NCBI RefSeq assembly: GCF_964204645.1
Contig: NC_134030.1
Location: forward strand, 9,079,222-9,143,221
Source: Tubulanus polymorphus
Lineage: Eukaryota; Animalia; Nemertea
Length of the DNA: 64,000 nucleotides
Direction: 5' to 3'
Made by a program: the position numbers and the translations under genes
The notes under the pieces: model-generated
Databases searched by the model: none
Told to the model about the DNA's origin: nothing
Seen by the model: the letters and a program-made list of their open reading frames with translations, nothing else
In this document: in pieces, positions 25,523 to 37,500 of the stretch
Layout of the letters: every line of letters starts with the position of its first letter
Position numbering within the stretch: position 1 is the stretch's first letter

Positions 25523-28500
25523 ATGGAAAGTGCAGGTGAGGTAACTGTTGTCTTATTTAGGGATCAATCGACATGTACAAATGCGTATTTTCTTTTTTTA
25601 CCGTTTATGAATATTCAAGACGACTTAAAGTACAATTTACACCGAGTTTAGATTCCTGATAATCGCATTCCAAAATAATAAATTACCACAAATTTTGATA
25701 ATCCATTATTCTGCTTAGGAGCTCCATATTTGGATTGAATCGTCTTTGAACATACCGATCTACCCGCGAAAAAAATGTGTGATGAATAGATCGGATAAAA
25801 AGTTTTAAAACAGACTATATATTACATAGTCTATAAATTTCGCACGCTGACTAACGATTTACCCAGAAAATATACACCACAGTCTGGCAATATTTCAAAA
25901 ACGGGAGACTGACCTCCAAAATTTAAACTCCGTTTCGGTCGGTTTTATCTTGTCGTCAAAAACGTTCGACACAATAGAAAACAAATGCGTCAGTGTCAAC
26001 TGAATGGGGTGTTCTCCGCAGACGTGTCGGGCCGATCTTTTTTTTCGCCCGATCCATTATGCGCTCAATTACGTACGAGTGGCGGTTAGTGCAATAAAAT
26101 TTTATGAAAACAACATTTAAACGATTAATAAATGTATTCTGACAAGTTTATAATTCCGAATGACTTAGAACTCGGAATATTAAGGCCTACTCGTCTCCGA
26201 GGTGTAGGAAGTCTCACACATTCGCTCGTCGGGTCGTCCCGCGTTCTTCAAAACGTACATTCTCAAAATACATTCTATGAAGTGAGTATCCTTTGAAAGA
26301 AGATTAAGTCGAATCGGAACAAATATCGGATAACTAACTATACTCCGTGTTGCGAAAACGAATTGGAAATTTAAATCGGTTGTGACGCCAGAAATATATA
26401 AGGTTTGTCAATATGTCGCACAATGAGCAGTTGTCAATCAAAAAGCTAGTAGTCAGATGAAATTTATGGCTATAATGTGGTTTCTACCGTTAACAGTCTC
26501 TCTTGTTTAGGCCTATATAGATAAACAACGTATATTTGATTAAATTCTAGTGAATTATACATGGCAGACTAGAAAAAAATGCCACCGAAACGAGCTACGA
26601 ATTTGTAGTTATGATCAGATTAATACATAACTTATGCGGACAATGACTTAGCGGTTTCTTAGATGTATTACAGTACTTCAAAGGTGTTGAATGATTTCGA
26701 AATCTTCAGATCTACGACAATTTTTGACTCGACTACGTTACTGGGCTTTTTTCAAAATATATTCGATGTACTTACAAATTGTCCTTTTCCGCAGGTTGTT
26801 CAAGTATGTTATTACAGATAACATCTGCTCACTTTTACGTGTCTCAATTTTTTTCTGTCTGCTTTTTAATAGTTTCTTGGGTAGACGACTCAATGGCTAT
26901 GGACACGTGTATGGGTGAAATTGATTATGAGGTGATCGATGAGGTAGATGATTGTCCGGGTATGTGTTTATGTGGAGTTTTATGTTTTCATAGCTTCATT
27001 ATTTCTATCAGCTAAAACATATTTTCTGTACATTTCCGTGACCCTACGCTTCGTTAATACTTATTTTTGTCATAAAAGAACATAAACTTTGACAAAATAG
27101 ATAAACATCAATACAATCCTGTATTGCGCAAACGTAATATGCTTCAGCTAACCCCATGCTGCCAAGCAAATCACCGAAGAATCGCCACATTAATGGGTTA
27201 ATGTCAGCGTTAAAATATTTTCTTCAGCGAAAGATCATTGACTGCGACCAAAGAATCCGGACTCAGTTCCACGGTTGTGAGTCAAAGTTCACTCTGAGTT
27301 GAAATAAGCCGAATTTCAATGTTCTACTTCGAATCAAATCTTAACTCACAACATGGAACTGGATCCTGAATAATGACATCAGATGATTCCGGAGAAAAAC
27401 ATAAATTAGATAAGCATAACTTCATGATTAATATTTTTATTACTTAAGTCTGAGTTTGATTCCTTGGTGCGATGGGTTTAGGATTAGCCCAGCATTGTGA
27501 ATATTCCGCGAAAAAAAAACGTTAAAAAGAGTAATGTACAGATTCGGACGCGATTTAACAAATGGCGACACAACCAATTGGCTTAACGCAATTTTCTTTT
27601 TCGTAGAGGATCACAAAGAAAACCATCATATAACTGGAAGAAAACCTCACTCCACGCCTTTAACGCTCAAGTGGTAAGTTAATCCTTTAGTTATTTTCCC
27701 AATCAACAACCGTATATGATAGGCTGTAGACACTGAAATAACGTATCCTAGTATATCTGCCGATTTACTATAATAATGATAATATCTACCAGTATTTCAT
27801 CATCAATTAAAGAGAATACAAAATTAGTACTTCGGAATTGACCGTAATTTACTGATATGGTTATCCATCTATGGAATATTTTTGCTAATCTATGTTAATG
27901 TAAGGATATATCAATTCCGAAATCTGTTTAAAACAATTCATTCTTGCACAGGATACGATAGGAACCCGTCAGAAACAGCAAATTTTTGATAAAAAGTATT
28001 TTCTAATTCCATATCCTAACAGGCTCAGATATATGTAGAAATTGATAACATAGTTACAAGATGAAATGGTGTATAAAATCGAATAGAGTAGCCCATGACA
28101 AGAGAAATCCCACAATAACGAAGCCAAGATTGAAAATTCTATAACAGAATGATTATATTTGAGGAGCGACGTTTCGGCTAACACCTGTTAGCCATCATCA
28201 GGCGTACTGAGAACAAAATGAAATAACAGGATATTTATACAAGAATGTGACAAATGATAAAGATTAAAGGATTAAGATTTAAGTAATTAAATAACAAAAA
28301 CCGGAACACTAAGGAAGAAACCAAAGAAGGCAAACGACAAACTATAGGGGATGTAGTGCGATATTAAAGTAATAAAAAAACAGAGCCCAGAGGGTTCAAA
28401 GGCAGACAAACTAAGGGGTAATCAGACAAAAACAAAAGGCAAGAACATCAGAGGGATAATCAAGGAATGAGTGAGGGAGAGAGTGAGTTAGTGGAAGTGT

Positions 28501-31500
28501 CAAACGGACGAAAACAAGCTAACGGGATTAGAATAATGGGGGTACAAGTCAAGCGAGAAATTTAGAGATCGAAATATTGTGAGAAGAAAATCCGTTATTC
28601 AAATTAACACATTTATCCATATTTTCAATAATATTTCTCTCGTTATTATCATACACTGATATTGTGTATCTAAAGAGTAGCCCATCCTCGTCTAAAGAGT
28701 AGCCCATCTGGAGTTCTTCGTCTTGGTCTTACGAATGTACGTGATTATGGTCAATAGAAGACTATGGTCCTTTTGACGCTATATCTTATCGAAATCTCCT
28801 TTCAAAATATGGAATTGGCCGCAATTTACAGATATGGATATTCATCTATTGAATGGTTTACGTTAATGTAGGGATATATTTTCAAAATTTGGTTAAAAGA
28901 ATACATTCATCATTGCTCAGGACACGATATACTTCAAGAAAAGCGTCCGGAAAAGCAAATTTTTGCAAAAAAGTATTTTCTAATTCCATATCCGAGTAGG
29001 AGATATATGTAGAAATTGATAATGTAGTTGCAGGATAAAATGATGTTTAAAATCGAATAGAGAATCTGTAGTTCTTCGTCTTGGATAGGAATGTAGGTGA
29101 CTATGGTCGATGGAGCGGTTGTGATGGTAAACGCGATCGAAACTGTAACCAACATGATCGTGGTCCGTCTGGTCTTACTTGATTTATTGTCAGACGACAC
29201 CAGCTTCGGACCATTGAACAATCTTATGATGATTATAAAATTCGAAATAACGATGAAGCTCAGAGGTAGAACATACGAATATACAAAGCTATACGTGTAC
29301 GCAATTTGCTGAGCGACCGTCTCCATAACGCAGTCCAACTGTTCTGAATGCTGCATCAGGGTGATTATCCACGAACTTATGGCTAAATTCGTCAAAAAAA
29401 TCACCGCTATCATTGTCCTGGAGAATGTCGGGGTACAAATCAATCTCGACGAAATCGGGAATAGGACAACGGCCAAACGCTCCAACGTTATGGCGACGAT
29501 CACCCATGCGCTCGTATATGCGCAAACAACGCTTGTAAATTCGTATAGAATACACGTTGTTGAACTCTGAAAATTGATAGTAAAACCAAATCTAAATAAG
29601 ACATATTGTACGACAGGCATGCCTGACATAACAAGACAAACAAGACAGTCACAAATAGACAAAAATCTTACGTAGTTCGCGTAGGAATACTGGTGAAATT
29701 GTATGCTGCCCATTATGAGGAAAGCAGCCGAATTTCCGAACGCACCTAGACAAAATATGACCGGGTACACGCAAAGCATAAGCGCGTAAACGGTTCCTTT
29801 TGCGTGAATCAATGAATTGAGAACGATGTTACTTGCGTATACTAGAGATACTGCCGCTGTGTCATTGTCCATGGTAAAAAAAAGATTCCGATGCCACTAA
29901 CGCATGTGCACGTTACTAATTCAATTGGCAGTCGTAACTGCGATTGGCCAGGAATTAATTAATGAGCGATATATTACTAAGAAAAGTTGTTTCACCCGAT
30001 TTTCTTAATACATTGATTCCGTTTGCGCGTGGAATGAATTTTACTACTAAACCGAAAAATATGCCTAATGTAAAAATCTATACCTCCGTAACTGAACGTT
30101 TTCTCTATTCGTAACACAACGATTTCGGTGCGAGTAATACATATGCTTGTAACTTTACTAATTGATTGTCGTGACGGTGATTGGTCGGGAATGTTTGTCC
30201 TCAAAGTTTTATCGATATTACTCAGAAGACTAAAAGTTTTCCTCACTGAGTTCGACGATTTTTTTTAACATCCGATTTGCTTGCCCGTGAAATTGAATTC
30301 ACTACTAAACCGAAAACTGATGTGAAAATCCATGCTTTCATAACTGAGAGAAATTTGCTCTTCAATACCATAATTTAATAATGTTTATCGGGTCTGGGAC
30401 GTTTATGTAGCCATTTAAATAGATAACAGAAAATTTGAAAGATATTTGTTTTGAAAAGAACTCCACATGTATCATAATATAGTTGGTTTCAAGTAATAGT
30501 ATATTGTGGTCAATCGTGTCAAATGCAGCGGATAAATCAAGTAGTATCGGGATCACGGCATTTCCTATACCAAGAGCACCGGTGAATACCATTACTAAGT
30601 TTGAGAAGTGCCGCACCCGTAAAATTATAGGGCATGCGATATGGCGTCTGTTTAGATTCATATCAGAAAAATTGTATTGCATGGACATTTTCATAAGCTG
30701 AAATTTAGATTAGATTTTTCCAAGGTTCCAATCCCAAAAATTAAAGAAATTATATTCTCGAGGTCGTATGATTGGGGAACCCGTTAACGATGTTTTGTTA
30801 CTAAGTTTGATCATCATTTCCTTTTCCATATCTTGGATTGACCGTCATTAAAAAATAGAGATGTTTATCTATTAAGTGACCAACGCTGAGTTATGCCGAT
30901 GTAGGCCGCACTTTCTCAAAGAATAAATTCATGACCAGGTCACAACACCCCCTTAAGGAAAGCGGTACAACAGCAGATTTTCGTAAAAAAGTATTTCCTA
31001 ATTCCATATCCGAGTAGGAGATATATGTAGAAATTGATAATATAGTTACATGACAAAATGATGTTCAAAATCGAATAGAGAATCTGTAGTTCTTCATCTT
31101 GGATAGGAATGTAGGTGACTATGGTCGATGGAGCGGTTGTGATGGTAAACGCGATCGAAACTGTAACCAACATGACCGTGGTTCGTCTGGCTTTACTTGA
31201 TTTATTATCAGACGACACAAGCCTCGGACCATTGAACAATCTTATGATGATTATCAAATTCGAAAGAACGATGAAGCTCAGAGGTAGAACATACGAATAT
31301 ACAAAGCTATACGTGTACGCAATTTGCTGAGCGATCGTCTCCATAACGCAGTCCAACTGTTCTGAATGCTGCATCAGGGTGATTATCCACGTAGTTATGG
31401 CTAGATTCGTCGAAAAGATTATCGCTATTATCATCCTAGAGAATTTCGGGGTACAAATCAATCTCGACGAAATCGGAAATAGGACAACGGCTAAACGCTC

Positions 31501-34500
31501 CAACGTAATGGCGACGACCATCCATGCACTGGAATACGCGCAAACAACGCTTGTGAATTCGTATAGAATACACGTTGTTGAACTCTGAAAATTTATGGCA
31601 AAACCAAATCTGAACAAGACACGTTGCACGACAGGCATACCTGACATAAAAAGACAAACAACACAGTCACAAATAGACAAGAATATGACGTAGTTCGCGT
31701 AGGAATACTGGCGATATTGTTTGCTGCTCATAATGAGGAAAGCAGCCGCATTTCCAAACGCACCTAGACAAAATATGACCGGGTACATGCAAAGCATAAG
31801 CGCGTAAACGGTTCCTTTTGCGTGAATCAATGAATTGAGAACGACGTTACTGATATAAGCTGGAGATACTGCTGCCGTATTGTTACTCATGATTCTAATA
31901 TGATTTAATCAAACAAACGAGTCCAGTGCAAGTAACGCATGTGCACGTTACTAATTCAATTGGCCATTGTAACTGTGATTGGTCGGGCATTTATTGTCTT
32001 CGCAGTTACTATGCACTACTAAGACAATTTATTTCATCTCACTGACTTTGATGAGAATTTTTTATAAACTGATTCCTTTGCGCGTGAATATAAATTTTAC
32101 TTCCAAACCGAAAACTAATGCGAAAATCCATACTTCCATAACTGAAAGAAATGTTCTCTTTTGTACTATCTCTGTATCTGGTCAGATACGTCAATTGGAG
32201 ATTTGAAAGCAAACTCGTGCAAAGTTGTTGCGTACTTGTTTTGATGGCTTTGGAAATATGACTGATGACTAGAATGATAGAAATTTGCCTACGTATATGG
32301 GTTATGTTTGAAGCCATTTCCAAATTTCAGGACCTAAACTCTAAGCTAAAATTAGTTAGTGAGTTAACTCCGGGTAGAGTCTTAGCTCACAACTGTGGAA
32401 CTGGGCCCAAAAGATCATCACATCACACCTTACCCCAATGCATTTATTTCCTTGAAAGTTAAACAAATAACAACTGGTTACCATAAATATATCCAAAACC
32501 TAGTTGTCTAAAGACACCAAGAATGAAGAAATTCTAGCATAAAAGTTACTCTAAAACATAAGTATTTAAGTTGATATTGGACAACGTTTAGCAAATTTGA
32601 TCCCTGAGTCTGAAAAGCATATCAGCTGTTATTCAGATCATCATAATAATGAAAACTTCAATTTTTTCCAAAAAACTCGATAGAAATTTATGATATTGTC
32701 AACACATTGTCTGGAAATAAAGTATTGGCATTGATTGAGTTTCTACGGAAATGGTTTAAAGAATTATCTATGCGATTAGATATCCCACTTACTCATAAAT
32801 TCAATAATACCCTCCAATCTGGAGTTGTCCGCATGTTGCACTTAAAATTGTTCGGGTCTTCCCTCTTTATGAAAAAGGTGAATGCGATTCTTTTTACAAT
32901 TATCGACCCTTATCTATTACACTATGTTTTTCCAAGATACTAGAAAAACTCGTTCATAAACGTTTAGTCGCGTTTTGTGATACATTGGAAATTAATGATT
33001 ATTACCAATTTGGATTCAGGGAACATTTAATTAATATCAATGGCATTAACTTGCAACGTCGATGAAATAGCAGCCAATATTGACGAAAAAAGGACGATTG
33101 TAATATTGTTGGATTTGTCAAAAGCTCTTGACACAGTAGATCACCGAATTTTTTTTGGGAATATTTTCTTCATGTTCGATGAATGAAAGGCTGTGAAAAT
33201 TGAAGGTATCCTATATGTGCTGATTAGTTTAGGGCAAATCGTAGCGCCTACAAATTGATGACATTCGAACCCCTCCACCGATTGACTTTTTGATAAGGCG
33301 AAAATTGGTGTTCGATTTTTCCAGTTCCAAAAATTGAAAATATTGTATTCTTGAGGTCGTACAAATGCGGAGACACGACATCATCGTCGTTTTGCTGCTA
33401 AATATGATCGTCATTTTATGTTTATCTATGACAAATGCTGATTTATGCTAATGAAGCAAGGTTTTTTTCACAAACTTTTTAAACAATTCATTCTTGACTA
33501 GGTCACAACACACCCTTAAGGAAACTGGCAAAAACAGCAGATTTTCGAGAAGAAATATTTCCGGATTCCATATCCGAGCAGGAGATATATGTAGAAATTG
33601 ATAACATAGTTACAGGATAAAGTGATGTTTAAAATCGAATAGAGAATCTGTAGTTCTTCGTCTTGGATAGGAATGTAGGTGACTATGGTCGATGGAGCGG
33701 TTGTGATGGTAAACGCGATCGAAACTGTAACCAACATGATCGTGGTCCGTCTGGCCTTACTTGATTTATTATCAGACGACACCAGCTTCGGACCATTGAA
33801 CAATCTTATGATGATTATCAAATTCGAAATAACGATGAAGCTCAGAGGTAGAACATACGAATACACAAAGCTGAAACCATACGCATATTGCTGAGCGACC
33901 GTCTCCATAGCGCAGTCCGACTCTTCTGAATGCTGCATCACGGTGATAACCCACGAAGTGATTGTTAGATTCGTCGAAAAAATCACCGCTATTATCATCC
34001 TTGAGAATTTTGGGGTACAAATCAATCTCGATGAAATCGGGAATAGGACAACAGCTAAACGCTCCAACGTAATGGCGACAACCATCCATGCGCTGGAATA
34101 CGCACAAACCACGCTTGTGAATTCGTATAGAATACATGCGTTTAAACTCTTTAAGTTGATGGTAAAACCAAAGCCGAATAAGACATATTGTACGACAGGC
34201 ATACCTGACATAAAAAGACATACGACAAAGTCACTGATAGACAAGAATATGATGTAGTTTGCGTAGGAATACTGGCGATATTGTTTGCTGCTCATTATGA
34301 GGAAAGCAGCCGAATTTCCGAACGCACCTAGACAAAATATGACTGGATACATGCAAAGCATAAGAGCGTAAACGGTTCCTTTGGCGTGAATCAACGAATT
34401 TAGAATGACGTTGCTGATATATGATGGAGATACTTCTGCCGTATTGTTGATCATGGTTAAACAGATGATTCCGGTACGAATATTGCGCATGCACGTATTT

Positions 34501-37500
34501 CATCTAATTTACCATCGTATAACTGTGATTGGTCGAGGTTAATAGTCTTCGCAGTTGATCTATTTATATATATATTGAATCTAAAAAAAACGTATCCTAC
34601 GTATCTTACTGACGATGAATACACTTTTTAACTCTAGGTCGCTTTCGGAAATGGAATTCAATGTTAGAATTCGAAAAAGCTAATATGAAAATCTATCTTT
34701 CAGTACATTATCAGAAAGGTATTCATGTATGAAAATTCGTCTGCTTATAACCGTCGGAATGTGGGTTAACTCGCAACTATTTCCAACGTTCTAAATATAA
34801 AGTGTTCCAATCGAGATGATTTTGATCATTCTTTTGACTATGCGTTATTTACAGGTTAGAGGAGAACTACGAAGTAGCTGAGGGTGTCTGTATACCTCGC
34901 AGCACTTTGTATATGCATTACCTTGACTTCTGTAATCGAAATACCAGCCAGCCAGTTAACGCTGCCAGTTTCGGTAAGGTAGGTAATCGCTTCAAATGAG
35001 CTCGATTCTTGGATCGAGAGCAGGCTCCAATTTGATTCTAGAACGGATTAAAGACAAAACTTTCAAACGCCAGTACGCTGCAGTCAATAGGAGCGTCACT
35101 AAGAATATTTAAAGGGGATGAGAATTGATACAAGTCGAGCTATATGCCATACTTCCCGCCGTATCTGTCCGAGTCGAACACCCAAGTCAAACGAGCATTT
35201 CTGAATTCTTCGAAATTGCTCGAATGTTCCTAGTCTTAGTTAGTATAATTCAAAACTTGATATGGGCGTTCTCTGGACCTTTCAGGCAATATATCTATGG
35301 AATGTGAATTGCTGGAGTGGGAAAAAACTAAATTCGGAACTAAAATATTGCGGAATTTGAATTTGAAAAGGGGGTCACCGCACCCGCGATCCCCCTTTGG
35401 TGACACTCATGTACCCATTATTATCATTATGCAACGATGCTCTTTTTCCATCCACGTCTTCATTTTTTTTAGATAATTCGACAGCAGTTTCCACAAATTA
35501 CAACGCGACGTCTCGGTACACGTGGACAATCGAAGTCAGTAAAAGGTGTCGTCGGACTTTTCCACCATATCTCTGTAAAAAATGCTCTTCAGTTATGAAT
35601 TTTATTCTCTCGTTTCAGATATCACTATTACGGGATAGCCATTCGCGAAAGCTCACAATATTTCGAATTGATCTATTCGAAAAAAGGAGCGCAAAGGTTT
35701 TTCAGAATATCCGAGTCAACATATTCATCTATTTAGATACCGACACTTGAATCGTCTACTGATTATTGTCTTATACTTTTTCAGTTGTTTGGGTTCTGAA
35801 GGACACAAGAATTGCAATAGACATACGATCACATACAACCCACGGTCAAAATTGGGCACTTTGTTACCGGAGTTTCCAAGCGTCAACGAAACACATTTGC
35901 CATTAGGGTTGGCCCAGGATAAGGTAGAAAATGCATCCATCTTTTTATGAAGATATGGATGAAACGACCGGGTGGAAGAGGATGAGCCACCCACTTTTAC
36001 ATACGCGCTTAAGATGAAACGACTGTATGAGAATTGCCGAAATGGCCTCATCAACACTGTTCGCGTCCCTCGTGGCACATCAATTATTTGAGTTTGATAT
36101 AACGGCTTTGTGTTTACCAAGATTGAAGAAATATTATGTCTCACCTTTTCCATCTAGAATTTTTTCGGGGGTTTAACAAAACCAGATAAAGTAATTACCC
36201 TTTTTAATCATCCATTTCAACGCGTTGAAAGTTCCGTGCAATTTTCGTTTTAGGTCAGCACGTTTTTAATGATGTACCGAACGCATTGTCAGCGCATACT
36301 GGACACGGTGATCCGGGCTAATTTCGAAGAGGTACGTATCATGTTTCGTGACTGATAACTACAATCAAAGCGTATAGTCCCGACACAAACGAGATAAATT
36401 CAAATTTTCAATTTCGAATCCGATGACACGAAATATAATATCGTATTATATAATTATAGTTGATTCAAAATCAAAATCCGGTTCTAGTGAAAGTATGCCC
36501 ATTTGAGGAAATAGAAACATATACGCTTTGAGATATGGGGGAGGGTGTTGCCATAGTGGAGACTAGTCCAATGAGGCTTAAAGAGAATATGCCATCAAAA
36601 TGGAATATTGTGTAAAATTCATTTTCAAATGTGATGTATTCACAAATATCAAATATGGAATTGGTTTGAATTTTAGTTCAGCCATTACTGAGAAATATGA
36701 CTATTAAATCGGCAATGCTAAGTTGTTAGATTGGCTATATAACTAACATGGTCTTAGACCGGTTCTGAGTCTAAGCCATGGAACCGGCCCTGACAGATAT
36801 ATTCAACCAACGGTCTTCGTTATAATCGATCTTTGTTACTAAATTAGTACATCGACTCTTGCTGTTCTCTTCTTTGTAGGTACAGAGCTTTCTGTTACAC
36901 TTTTGGCAGGGCATGCCGCCGCATTTGGTTCCGATACTAGACTCGGCGACTATCGTGTCACTAGTCGGCGTGTGTGACAGCATTCTATACAAAGTACTAG
37001 CGAACGTATTGGTGCCTTCAGTCCTGCAACAAGTTCCAGAGAGGTATAGCGTATATTTCGAAGATAATTGAATAAAACTAACGATATAAAAAAGCTTCAA
37101 TGTAATATCCGAATAACTTACGATTCGCTTTAAATGATAATATATGATACGATGTATTCTATAGTTTAACTCAAGTCATCAGGAAATTCTCTACGCAATT
37201 TGACGAATGGCTCAAGCAGGCTCTCTACGGATTACCCGAGAATCTACGCTCTATGAAATTGGATCGTAAGTAAAACTAGACCATACGCGCGTTTAGCGTC
37301 GCTTTTCATCGAACATGAGACACACGGCAGACACTCTTGGAGATTTGCGTCGGTGCAGTTTCCGAGAAAAGAGCTTCGTAGTTTCTATGAAATTGATAGA
37401 AATACGAGAAATTTAGCTGATACGAGCATCTTATTAACGTAGACCTATTCATTGTTCTAGTTTCCAGGCGATTTTCCTATTTGTTACGACGACAAATATC

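Larger units (their letters stand above)
27969..28770 (-). pseudogene. GPCR relic (TM6-TM7-C-terminus only) of the intronic cluster, split by an insertion
   Basis: 27969-28090 encodes [39 protein letters not shown], close to the intact paralogs. Homology resumes at ~28706-28770 (ATCTGGAGTTCTTCGTCTTGG...ATGGTC). Confidence 0.8.

Noticed and set aside
29097-34503. Repeated small ORFs (MTMVDGAVV..., MIIH..., MSFYVRY...)
   Set aside because: Antisense or alternative-frame shadows of the duplicated GPCR genes.
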